Of a stretch of DNA of 64,000 nt, positions 40,540 through 52,516 are shown piece by piece. This stretch comes from Octopus sinensis. Its lineage: Eukaryota. Below the pieces are notes generated by a model, which was given only the letters and a program-made list of their open reading frames with translations, was not told where the DNA came from and did not search any database. The DNA is taken from the NCBI RefSeq assembly GCF_006345805.1, contig NC_043022.1, positions 19,716,001-19,780,000 of the forward strand, read 5' to 3'. A program made the translations under genes and the position numbers. Every line of letters begins with the position of its first letter. Positions within the stretch are counted from its first letter, which is position 1.

Positions 40540-40935
40540 GGGGGGGGGGACAACTTCACATTTTCACCTTCCTTTTGCAGTAAACTTTGATTTTTTTAAA
40601 AAATCGTCCTTGTTTATTTGAATATTTTCACAGACGATAAAATGTCTAGCCTCGCTAGACATTTTATCGTCTGCCTTCGTAGCGAGCGCGTGCGCCGCCT
40701 CTATATCTTTACCGCTCTCCTCCCTCATAGTCCTCTCTATGCCTTGAAACGAATTCTCGATGTTTTCCTCTGACGCCGAAGAAATTGGTGATAAAATCAT
40801 GTGATAAAATTCTGTTGTAACAGCAGAAAAGAAGTGGTCTCGACGACCAAAACGGTAAATTTTTACAATCTTCAGCACAAAAACAATCTTTCACAGTGGA
40901 GCAAAGAATAACACGACCGAAAAACAATTCCAGTT
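40540..40935 (-). mobile_element. Diverged inverted paralogue of 41105-41600
   Basis: MILSPISSASEENIENSFQGIERTMREESGKDIEAAHALATKADDKMSSEA. Upstream non-coding part is also homologous (tcggtcgtgttattctttgctcc...). Confidence 0.5.
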
Positions 40936-40949
40936 AGTGGCAAAGCAAG

Positions 40950-40991
<42 letters not shown>

Positions 40992-41012
40992 TAGATAGAT
41001 AGATAGATAGAT

Positions 41013-41059
<47 letters not shown>

Positions 41060-41104
41060 GGGAGGTGTGAAAACTTCGCTGTGAACTATCTGACACCTGC
41101 TGTC

Positions 41105-41600
41105 TGCCTCTCTCTCTTTATGTGTTTGACTCTCTCTCTTTCACTCGTTATCGGTCGTGTTATTCTTTGCTCCGCAGTGAAATATTGTTTTTGTGCTGAA
41201 AATTGTGAAAATTTGCTGTTTTGGTCTTGAAGACCACTTCTTTTCTGCTGTTGCAGCAGAGTTTTGCTGTTGTTGCCCCCTTGTTTCAAGGGGGAAGCGG
41301 CGAAAAACATGAATTTGCCACCAATTTCTTCCGAGTCCGAGGAAAACTTCGAAATTTTGTGTGAAGACATAGAGACGAAAATGAGGGAGGAGAAAGGTAA
41401 AAGTATAGAGGCGTCGCACGCGCTCGTTACAAAGGCAGACGACAAGATGTCTAGCGAGGCTAAACAAGAGGAAAAGTCAAAAATTAATTTTGTGAGTGCA
41501 GCAACTCGCTCCTGTGAAAACATTGTAATAATCAAGGAAGATTTAAAGAAATTCCAAGGACTACTCAAAAAAGAAGGTGATAATGTGAAGTTGCTCCCTC
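41105..41600 (+). mobile_element. 5' UTR plus acidic ORF start, probable L1/Tx1-like ORF1 5' end
   Basis: MNLPPISSESEENFEILCEDIETKMREEKGKSIEASHALVTKADDK...KKFQGLLKKEGDNVKLLPPSE. An inverted paralogue lies at 40540-40935. Family assignment is from recall only. Confidence 0.45.
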
Positions 41601-41622
41601 CCAGTGAGTTAATTTACGCATA

Positions 41623-41658
<36 letters not shown>

Positions 41659-41983
41659 TGTATGTGTGTATGTATGTATGTATTTATGTACGTATGTATG
41701 TGTGTTTGTGTCTGTGTTTGTCCCACCATCACCGTTGCTCCACACCAATGGTGGTGCGTTTGCGTCTTTGTAATTTAGCTGTTCAGCAGAAAAGACTGAT
41801 AGAATAAGCACCAGGCTTACAGGGAATAAGTCCAGGGGTCAATTTCTTCGACTAAAGGGTGATGCTCTAGCATGGCCGTTGTCAAATGACTGAAACAAGT
41901 AAAAGAATAAAAGAATACCAGAAAAACGTTCCGTATCACTAAACCAAGAAGGTTCTTCGAATAAGGTTAAATGGTAATTCCTG

Positions 41984-42368
41984 TGGAGTCGCAATGGCCC
42001 AGTGGTTAGGGCAGCGGACTCGCGGTCATAGGATCGCGGTTTCGATTCCCAGACCGGGCGCTGTGAGTGTTTATTGAGCGAAAACACCTAAAGCTCCAAG
42101 AGGCTCCGGCAGGGGATGGTGATGAACCCTGCTGTACTCTTTCACCACAACTTTCTCTCACTCTTTCTTCCTGTTTCTGTTGTACCCGTATTTCAAAGGG
42201 CCAGCCTTGTCACACTCTGTGTCACGCTGAATCTCCCCGAGAACTACGTTAAGGGTACACGTGCCTGTGGAGTGCTCAGCCACTTACACGTTAATTTCAC
42301 GAGCAGGCTGTTCCGTTGATTCGGATCAACCGGAACCCTCGTCGTCGTAACCGACGGAGTGCTTCCAT
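41984..42368 (+). mobile_element. tRNA-Arg-like SINE family C (resembles octopus OR-type SINEs)
   Basis: gcaatggcccagtggttagggcagcggactcgcggtc..tttcgattccc head with a TCG anticodon-like loop. Copies at 1722-2107(-), 5372-5610 and 38520-38790. Confidence 0.8.
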
Positions 42369-42744
42369 CCAAATGGTAATTCCGTTTATGTTGGTGTAAC
42401 TGAGATATTTTGTTTGGATTACACAGTCATTGGTGTTACATTACTTTCTATATTCTGTAACTGTCACAATATACTTTTCTAGGCCTGAAATTTTGTGAGC
42501 AGTGGGCTAGTTAATTAGAACGACCCCCAGTACACAACTGTTATTTAATTTATCGACTCCAAAGGACGAACGGCAAAGTCGACCTCGGCAGAATTTGAAC
42601 TCAGAATGTAAAGACTGACGGTTATAATATACAAACATTTCTCATGGCACCAGTACACTGTTTACAGATGCTTACATTTTTAGTGTTTTCCGTGAATTTT
42701 TCACGGGTTCAGCTAGTTCCTATTATTATTATAATGCTGTGAGC

Positions 42745-43255
42745 TGGCAGAATCGTTAGCACACCGGACGAAATGCTTAGCGGTATTTCGTCTGCCGTTA
42801 CGTTCTGAGTTCAAATTCCGCCGAGGTCGACTTTGCCTTTCATCCTTTCGGGGTCGATTAAATAAGTACCAGTTACGCACTGGGGTCGATATAATCGACT
42901 TAATCCGTTTGTCTGTCCTTGTTTGTCTCCTCTCTGTTTAGCCCCTTGTGGGTAGTAAAAAAATAGGTATTTCGTCTGCCGCTACGTTCTGAGTTCAAAT
43001 TCCGCCGAGGTCGACTTTGCCTTTCATCCTTTCGGGGTCGATAAATTAAGTACCAGTTACGCACTGGGGTCGATATAATCGACTTAATCCGTTTGTCTGT
43101 TCTTGTTTGTCCTCTCTGTGTTTAGCCCCTTGTGGGTAGAAAAGAAATAGGTATTTCGTCTGCCGCTACGTTCTGAGTTCAAATTCCGCCGAGGTCGACT
43201 TTGCTTTTCGGGGTCGATAAATTAAGTACCAGTTGCGTACTGGGGTTGATCTAAT
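42745..43255 (+). mobile_element. Head-to-tail array of SINE family A
   Basis: One full copy, then two units restarting at gtatttcgtctgccgctacg directly after the 3' tail aaatag (about 42966 and 43150). Confidence 0.85.
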
Positions 43256-44034
43256 CGAATGGTCTCTCCCCAAGAAATTCGGAACTTGTGCCGATAGTAG
43301 AACAGACTCATGTCAACTCTGTGTGAAGATGCGTGGTTAAGTTGCTGGGGGTATGAGTCTAAAGAAAGTAACTACGACAACGACGACACGACTAAAGAGT
43401 ACATCTTTCCTCGTTTATATTCGTGTCATTTACTGTTTTAAATATAGAACCTCCAGATAACTCTGTAAGAAACCGCTAAAACACGAAATATGAACTTAAC
43501 ATTTTATCCACATTAACAGACGTTGAGAAATATTTCTTAATTTCTGTTGATTCTATTAGAATTTCATTTTAACAAGGTTTTTTTTTTCTCATTATGAAAA
43601 ATTTCTATCTGGATTTCAATCTAAAATTAGTTTTCCCCGGTGGAAATTTTTTTCCTTTTTTTAATGGAAATTTTATTTTCTAGAGATAAAAGTTGATGTT
43701 AAATGAAGAGAATTACCTCTTAGGGAAATTTACTGATAATACTGCTGCTGGTGCTACTGATGGTGGTGTTGGTAGTGATGGTGGATGTGGTGATGTTGAT
43801 GATGGTGGTGGTGGTGGTGGTGGTGATGATGTTCATGATGGTGAGGATAGTGGTAATGGAGATGATCTATAATTTTTCTTTTCTGCCTGTCATGACAGGT
43901 ACTTGACTGTTACGCTCTCAAAGGGAAGTAACCTTCTTTTTATAAGAAAGTCCCCCAAAAGGCAAGTAGCCACTTAGTGTCAGGGACTATGAAGGAGGAG
44001 AAATTGAGACGAAAGGAATGAATTTACTTTAGAC

Positions 44035-44638
44035 TTTTTAAAAATAATTTCCACGTAACTAAACACTTAAACTTCGTATACTGGTAGAATGTGTTTATAA
44101 AACATCTTTTTCTCTTGGCTTTATTGAGAAAATTCTATAGTTTGTAAGATATTTGTTGTTGTTTTTCTTCAATTTCTGCAATTTCAACCAATCAATGACG
44201 TCTATTGAGATAAAAAACATTCTGTGCCGTATGAATATGTCCCTCGTTTAAGAAACAGATTGGGTTTATTTACATTTCTGAAGAAATTTGAACGGCAGTT
44301 TTTTCTAGCGGTGTCATTTGAAATTGTCACCCATAATTATGACCCTAGTATCGATCTATTGCATTTCAATCTGTTTTATGGTTAGGGTTAGTTAGGATTA
44401 GGGTTAGGGTTAGGGTTAGGATTAGGGTTGTTTTTTTTTATCTCAATAGACGTCATTGATTGGTTGAAATTGCAGAAATTGAAGAAAAACAACAAATATC
44501 TTACAAACTATAGAATTTTCTCAATAAAGCCAAGAGAAAAAGATGTTTTATAAACACATTTTACCAGTATACGAAGTTTAAGTGTTTAGTTACGTGGAAA
44601 TTATTTTTAAAAACTGCTGCTCGAGCCGAAAAGATCCC
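44035..44638. mobile_element. Same MITE, rearranged with internal inverted duplication and (TTAGGG)n
   Basis: 44040-44220 is inverted relative to 44430-44612; TTAGGG run at about 44380-44428. Confidence 0.75.
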
Positions 44639-45038
44639 TCGGCTGTTGCAGCGAACTTCGAAATCACAAACACATATACCATACCATAAGAGTTTGTCCG
44701 TTGTCTGATATACATATGGTGGTTCTTATAATTAAAAACCATTATTTTAGTGTAAGTGCTGCAATTAATATTTTCGGTAATGGCGTAGAGACTGATCTTG
44801 ACGTTTAAGGAAAATTACATTAGCGTTCCTGATATGATGTTATTTAAAAAAAAACTGCTTCGGACGTTTATTTCTACTTGGCTAATTGCTTTGGAACGGG
44901 ATGGGGTCGAACGAACATCTGAGAGACGCTTATTCATTGTGTGAGTGTATGCGCGTGTGTGTGTGTGTGATTGCATATTTATTGTGTGTGTATGTATATA
45001 TATATATATACAAATAATTAGATGTATTTATATATATG

Positions 45039-45081
<43 letters not shown>

Positions 45082-45299
45082 TATTAAATATATATATATA
45101 TTTAAATGCATCACATATATGTACATGTATGTATATACATACATATATATATATATATATAGATACATGTAAATATATGTATGTACGTATATATATATAT
45201 ATTAAATATTAAATATATATATATATATTTACATGCATCAACATATATGTACATGTATGTATATACATATATGTAGATACATGTAATATATGTACATAT

Positions 45300-45389
<90 letters not shown>

Positions 45390-45925
45390 TATATGTATAT
45401 ACATATACATATATATATACGCACACGTGTGTATATACATATATACATACATCTGTTTATATATACATAGATACATACACTTGTGTGAGTGTGAGTATAT
45501 GTGTGTGTGTGTGTGTATCTATGAATATATACGCACACAAAAATTGAAAATATAAACATAGTTGAATTAGCGACCATGGTCTGTAACGCGGGTTGCAGGC
45601 TGTAGCGTCACAATTACAAAATTATTTCCAGGCCCAAATTCTGGTTTCAATATTTACAACACGTTAGACATAGCTGAAATCACCTAAGATAGACGGAGTG
45701 GGTGCCATTGTGTTTTAAGAAGTTTGCTAGTCAGTCACATGGTTCCAGGTTGAATACAGCCTTGGAGAAGTGTCTTCTGCTATCGCCTCAAGCCGGCCGG
45801 AGCCTTTTGGGTGGATTTGGTAGACGGAAGCTGAAAGAGGCCGTCATACATACATACATACATACATACATACATACATACATACATACATACATAATAC
45901 ATACATACATACATACATACATACA

Positions 45926-45959
<34 letters not shown>

Positions 45960-45981
45960 CACACATACATACATACATACA

Positions 45982-46013
<32 letters not shown>

Positions 46014-46020
46014 CATACAA

Positions 46021-46057
<37 letters not shown>

Positions 46058-46439
46058 ATAAAATATTAGGGAATAAATCCAAACTTACAGGGAAAAATCA
46101 GATTTAGGATTAAATCCAATTTTATAGTAAAATATATTATATTATATTATATTAAATTAGAGATAAAACCACTATTAGGCAAATCAAACAATGAAAAACA
46201 TAAGCCAATACATAAAATTAATTAATTTATATTATAGATGTGTGTATTTTCCCTTGTTAACCATTAACACGGAAAATATAGATAAATTGTTACTAGGGTA
46301 GAAAAAAATCACACAAGTAAAAAGGCTGTAACTCCTTGTTTTTAAAGGTAGAAACTTAGGGTTTATGTGAAATATTTTGTACATTATATATAAATAAATA
46401 GAGTTAAACGCAGGTATTATTCAAATTCCTTTACTTCCG

Positions 46440-46568
46440 ACACACTTCACAGAATTGATCAAGGACACTCCCATTGAATCCAACCAGATGGTGAGTCTAG
46501 ATGAGATAAGCCTGTTCACCAAAGTCCCAACTGGTGAAGCACTATCGGTAATTCAAGAAAAACTAGTA
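46440..46568 (+). mobile_element. Penelope-like RT fragment
   Basis: THFTELIKDTPIESNQMVSLDEISLFTKVPTGEALSVIQEKL, equivalent to the PLE motif lvSfDV.SLFTnVP..eal. Confidence 0.7.
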
Positions 46569-46809
46569 ACGAGTATCTAGTTACGTTTGTATGTATGTGC
46601 CATTACTTTCTAGAGTTTTTCGTTCTTCGTACGATTTGTAGCTTTACGATATCATTTTTCATTCCTATATAATATTTTATTCTTTCTCTGCACAGTTTCG
46701 ACACTTGAATCTTTAACATCAAGCTTTTCTCCCAACAAATTTGAAAAGGTTCTAACGGCGCTCTTCACCAGCTATGCCAATCTTCAACACTTTTTCTAGT
46801 GTTGGGTTA

Positions 46810-47220
46810 GTTTCTTTCACAGAAACTCGTTGCATATTTTTCGCAAATGTGTCCACAATCAATATGCTTCTGTAATCTTTGTATCTCTATATGTCTGAAG
46901 CCACAGTTTAACGATTTTGGTTTTAATTCTGCCACAAAATCTGCAAAACTAATTCCATCCTTTTGAAAGTAGCCATAAAAATTATATCTCAACATCACAG
47001 TATTTCTTCGCCGCAAAATGTGTTCTGTTTTTCCATGATTTCCAAAGCATTTACATTTTGAATCATCTTTTTAACATCATCAAAGTGTTGGCCGATATAA
47101 ATGTTTTTTAGCCATCGACTCCATTAATGAAATATTAAATTTTATGTCGCCGTTGGTAGTTTTGTTTCAAACGATGTAAGTCTCCATTTTGCTCACGAAA
47201 CCATTCCAACGATTCTCTCT
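46810..47220 (-). mobile_element. Ty3/gypsy gag-like fragment (decayed)
   Basis: RRNTVMLRYNFYGYFQKDGISFADFVAELKPKSLNCGF..IDCG matches the gypsy gag RY.F...Q..G.SF.DF..EL...C.F pattern. Confidence 0.6.
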
Positions 47221-48697
47221 TTGAAAAAATGCCAAAAATTGCCTTTCTCTTAAATAATTTGCACTTTTAAAATTAACTTCGATCAAATTTTACGACCATA
47301 AATTTCATAAATTTCCACTCATACAATCAACTGAGCTACCAGACACTTTGGGTTAGCTAAATGGCTGAGTATTCTAGCGCTGCTGCTGCTGATGATGGTG
47401 AACGAATGACAGATAAGGTCGACCTCAGAGGAATTCGAACGTACTGAACAGGAAGTATTTTCACGATGTTCAATCAATTCTGTCAGTTCGCCCCCTTCTC
47501 GGTGAATATATTTCATTATATAAGTATATACATGATATGATATGATAAGGTGGTGAGCTGGCAGAATCGTCAGTACGCCGGGTAAAATGTTTAGCGGTGT
47601 TTCGTCCGTCTTCAATGTTCTGAGTTCAAATTCTGGCACGGTCAACGTTGCCTTTCATCCTTTCGGGGATCGATAAAACAAGTACCAGTTGAGTACTGGG
47701 GTCGATGTAATCGACTTACTCCCTCCACCGAACTTCCTGACCTTGTGCCAAAATTTGAAACCAATATTATATTATATTAATATAGTACAATATGATATGA
47801 TATAATATAATATAACGTAATATAACAGTGGAGGCGCGTGGCTCAGTGGTTAGGATGTTGGACTCATGATCGTAAGATTGTGATTTCGATTCCTCGACGG
47901 GATGACGCTTTGTATTCTTGAGCAAAACACTTCATTTCACGTTTCTCCAGTCCACTCAGCTGACAAAAAAATGAGTCCCGTCCAGTTGGGGAATATATAT
48001 GCCATTGAAACCGGGAGACCAGCCCTCATGAGCCTGGCATGGATGGAGAAGGAAACGTTTATTTTTTAATATAATATATGTAATGATATATAATGAGAAA
48101 AAAATGAATGAGTTTTAGTAATTAGATGACCCACTCTATAAAATTTCAATGAAAAAATGGGGATAGAACACTTATGAAAATATTGGGTTTGTGTGTGTGT
48201 ATATGTGTATGTGTGTGTGTGTGTGTGTGTGTCTGTCTGCTGTAAAAATGTGTGTGTGTCAGTTTGTGTATGAACAGTAGGAAATTTATCTAATAAAAAT
48301 GAAGCGTTATGCAAATGAGTTCTCCAGAGTGTATTTAAAGCAAGAACGAGAAGAAAGAGAGTGACAGGCAAGAGATGTAAAGAAAGAGAGAGAAAGAGAG
48401 AAACAGAAACACAGAGATATGAGCAAAGATCTTAAATGCCCTGTTGTAGATAGAGGAAGAGTAGAAGATAAAAGCCAGAGAGATAAGAAAGTTCAATAGT
48501 TATCGCGACTCTTCTGCCAAAGAATCTTCAGGACATGCGATAACAGTTCTACAAGAAAATAAAGCTGCAGCAGAAGCCATTTTAAATCAGCTGAGCAAAC
48601 GAAATGACTTCTGATAAATATACAAGAGAAATTTGTTATTAAACTGATAAATAAACATACTTAAACCATATCTATTGACTAAATGCAAATAGCTTAC

Positions 48698-48827
48698 CAA
48701 AAGCCAATGCTGTCTTTTCAGACACAGAGCACCTCTCATCCATTTCAGCAGAAACTAACTGGTGCAATATCGATTTTCTCAGACCTTTGATTTCAACGCC
48801 ATTCCAGATTATTGATTTTTCCCGAAC
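48698..48827 (-). CDS. Candidate exon of an unidentified gene
   Basis: CAG|GTT acceptor with a weak pyrimidine tract, open frame VREKSIIWNGVEIKGLRKSILHQLVSAEMDERCSVSEKTALAF, and TTG|GTAAGC donor. No recognisable domain. Confidence 0.2.
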
Positions 48828-49572
48828 CTGGTACGGTCATTTTGGTCATAACACGCTCGATTAAATGAATATTGAATTTAATTAATTAATTGAATTAAAT
48901 GTAGGTATCCGTACATTAGTATAAAATAGTGCGGTTTATAAGAGACCATCATCGATGGTCCGGAATATCGGTGTTGTACATGTTCTTAAATCTGTCTTTT
49001 ACATTTTCTCTTTGTGAAGGCGCGTGGCTCAGTGGTTAGAGCGTCGAGCTTACGATCGTGAGGTTGTGAGCTCGAATCCCGGACCGGGCTGCGTGTTGTG
49101 TTCTTGAGCAAGACACTTTATTTCACGTTGCTCCAGTTCACTCAGCTGTAGAAATGAGTTGCGACGTCACAGGTGCCAAGCTGTATCGGCCCTTGCCTTT
49201 CCCTTGGACAACATCGGTGACGTGGAGAGAGGATGCCGGTATGCATGGGCGACTGCTGGTCTTCCTTAAAAAAAAAAAACAACCTTGCCCAGACTTGTGC
49301 CTCAGAGGGTAACTCTCTAGGTGCAAACCCATGGTCAGTGTCTGACCGAAGGGGGTCACCACCATCACCACATTTTCTCTTTTGCTGCCTTGAAGAATTT
49401 TAGTCGGACGAATTGGCCCCAGTACTTATTTTTTTTAAAGCCTACTGCTTATTCTATAGTCTCTTTTGCTGAACCGCCAAGTTACGAGGACGTAAACACG
49501 TACACAAACCAACACCGGTTGTCAAGCTGTGGGGCTAGACAAATACACACACAATCACAGACACATACACTT

Positions 49573-49605
<33 letters not shown>

Positions 49606-49753
49606 GTGTGTTTGTGTCTATATACTCGACGGGGTTAGAGTTAGGGTTACACAAACCAACACCGGCTGTCAAGTGGTGGGGCTAGACAAATACACACACA
49701 ATCACAGACACACACACGCTCTCTCTCTCTCACACACACACACACACATATAC

Positions 49754-49798
<45 letters not shown>

Positions 49799-49799
49799 T

Positions 49800-49835
<36 letters not shown>

Positions 49836-50656
49836 CACACACACATATATGGTGTGTTTGTGTGTGTATACTCGACGGGGTTCCTTCAGTTTCTGTCTAC
49901 CAAACCTACTCACAAGGCTTTAGTCAGCCCGACGATATAGTAGAATACACTTACCCAAGGTACCATGCAGTGGGACTGAGTACAGAACAATTAAGGGTAA
50001 AGCAAAAGAAACTCGGTTCAAATTCCTTTAGAAAGTTAGTGTGTTTCGCTTTTCTGTCTCCAATACGTTCTTCCCTATGTTGTTCTTCAGACATTTACCG
50101 ATACAAAACTTGGACATATTTATGTTGTATTCAGTTTAACAAAATGGAAAGTATGTGGAACCACGACGTGCATGTGCTTGTGTGTGTGAGGGAGAGAGAG
50201 AGAATGAGTGTGTGTGAGAATGAGAGTGTGTGTGCTAACGAGAGTGTGTGTGAGTATGTGTGAGTGAGAATGAGTGTGTGTATGAGTGTGTGTGTGAAAA
50301 TGAGTGCGTGTGTGAGAATGAGTGTGTGTGTTAATGAGAGTGTGTGTGAGTATGTGAGTGAGAATGAATGTGTGTATGAGTATGTGTATGTGAAAATGAG
50401 TGTGTGTGTGAGAAGGAGAGTGTGTGTGTTAATGAGAGTGTGTATGAGTATGTGTGAGTGAAAATGAATGTGTGTATGAGTATGCGTGTGTGAAAATGAG
50501 CGTGTGTGTTTGTGTTTTCCCAAGCACTTGACAACCGTTGTTGCATTCTTTATGCCCCCCCCCTAACCTAGCGGTTCGGCAAAAAAATAAATGACGATAT
50601 TATATAAGTATGAGACTTAAAAAGAAAAACTACTGTGGTTGATTTGTTTCATTATT

Positions 50657-50908
50657 CTAGCGTTTCTCAACCATTATTTGCCTACAGGCCCCTCTGATCC
50701 CTATTTTACTCAAATGGGTCCTCCTAGCCATTCGATGTTTAAAAACCATATATATCTGTAAATAAATTTTATTAGGAATTGTATAAGAAAATTTTAAAAA
50801 TATTTTATGTATTGTAGAAATATAGCAAATATATATTGCAGATAAATTTTAACAACGAAATCTTATATGAAACCCCAAGGACCATAAGGATCCGGTTTTG
50901 AACCACTG
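50657..50908. mobile_element. hAT/Charlie-like MITE (old)
   Basis: Degenerate TIRs tagcgtttctcaacc / ggttttgaaccactg. No clear TSD. Confidence 0.45.
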
Positions 50909-51165
50909 GACTAAGCTCTTCAAGGTTGTGCCCCAGCATCACCGCATTCCTATGACCCAGACCTGTAAAATATAAAAGATACTAAGCTCCAATATTTTAT
51001 TCATTCTTCCGTATCGAACTCGCAGAACTGAAACTGACAGCAGTGTAACCATTCATCCCGCTTCTTTCTCTCAGTACTTTTATTCTATAGCGAATGAAAA
51101 AGAAAAAAAAAAATCATTTCTCTGAGAATAAAGGCGAAATTCAACATGACCAGAATAGCAAAATA

Positions 51166-51217
51166 ACCGGAAGTATACAAGAGCAACATGACCAGAATAG
51201 CAAGCAAACCGGAAGTG
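51166..51217 (+). promoter_or_regulatory. Tandem ETS/GABPA-type motifs
   Basis: ACCGGAAGT at 51166-74 and ACCGGAAGTG at 51208-17, inside a 42-bp tandem duplication in otherwise non-repetitive sequence. Confidence 0.3.
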
Positions 51218-51394
51218 TACACGAACTCGTAAACATATGAATTAAAATGCAATATTCGCTTTGTGAAGCCGAAACAATCAAACCGTAGAAAATGTTTATT
51301 AACACTTCATAAAATAAAGTTAGATGGTATGAAGTGAGTAGGAGATTTGCGGGGTTTCATACAAGACCCTTTTTATCGTTTTTTTTTTTACAAT

Positions 51395-51940
51395 ATATAG
51401 GGAATGGTACAGTCGTGACGTTGTTGACTATACTACTTGGGAATGTTTGTTTTTGACACACAACACGCCGAGTTCCAATCCCGCGAGTTGCGTATGAGAA
51501 AGTAAGGAGGGATGTCAGGAAGGGCATCGCTATTACACTTCCAAATGGGAAGGGTCTTCCTATGATGCTGACATGCAGTGTCTGTGCAAGACCCTGCCTC
51601 AGTAAAGCTGGACTCAAGAGTCATCTTAGTGGTCATAAAGCGAGACAGATGAGTGACAACCTGGCCACTGGTGGTGGTGTTACACACCATACTAATCATA
51701 TCTGTCAAGCATGTGGAAGAGAGTGTAATTCGGTAGGAGGACTTAAACGACATGCAAAGGTACATGAAGCCCAGTTACAACTACAGCCGGCTATTACCGG
51801 TAAAGGTTTTAGCTGCCAATTCTGTACAAGACATTGTAGATCTTTAGCTGGGCTAAAAAGTCACATTCGATCACAGCACCAATAACAGTTAAGCTTCGTG
51901 CAATGGCCATACTCGATAACGAGGGGGCAGCCATCATATA
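51395..51940 (+). mobile_element. RTE-clade LINE 3' end encoding three C2H2-type fingers
   Basis: CSVCARPCLSKAGLKSHLSGH, CQACGRECNSVGGLKRHAKVH, CQFCTRHCRSLAGLKSHIRSQH. Upstream frameshifted VDYTTWECL resembles the RTE ID..WE motif. Ends at a microsatellite; a partial copy lies at 33700-33915. Confidence 0.65.
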
Positions 51941-52112
51941 TACATACACACATACATACATGCATACATACATACATGCATATATATATATACATCATAT
52001 ACATCATATATATACATATATATATCTATATATATACATCATATACTTCATATATATATATACATATATATATGTATACACACACACGCACACGCACGCA
52101 CACACACACACA

Positions 52113-52172
<60 letters not shown>

Positions 52173-52477
52173 CATGATTTTATTCAAAGTATTCTCCTCT
52201 CAGATTCATACATTTATTGCAGCGGTCCTTCAGTTCTTCTGAACCTTGTAAAAGAACTCAAAAGGTTGGACCTCCACCAGCCTATCGCGATAACTTTAAA
52301 ACCAGATACCATCCAGTATCCACTCATATACATATATATACCATCATTTTATTTATATTTCTGTATGTATGCATATATTTGTGTGTGTTTGTGTGTGTGT
52401 GCGTGTGTATAATGATAAAAACATATATACTGACAGAGATGTAAGTCCGAAATCTGTTGAATTCCAGCCAGTCCATG

Positions 52478-52516
52478 CTGGTGAGGCAACCGAAATTGCC
52501 GAAACTGACGTCAGTA
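52478..52516 (+). ncRNA. Degenerate hammerhead ribozyme motif
   Basis: CTGGTGA-GGCAA-CCGAAA-TTGCC-GAAA-CTGACGTCAG-TA. 5-bp helix II and 12-nt palindromic helix III (ACTGACGTCAGT), but A6 is G and helix I pairs poorly. Confidence 0.5.

Noticed and set aside
44380-44428. Telomere or chromosome fusion site
   Set aside because: Short TTAGGG runs are internal to a MITE present three times in the window.
49017-49095. tRNA gene (also the heads at 41984, 8767 and 47827)
   Set aside because: A/B boxes are present, but there is no acceptor-stem closure and the sequence runs into SINE bodies found in several copies.
51562-51885. Host C2H2 zinc-finger gene
   Set aside because: No TGEKPY linkers. The fingers match the RTE C-terminal type, an RTE-like motif lies upstream, and a second dispersed copy is in the window.
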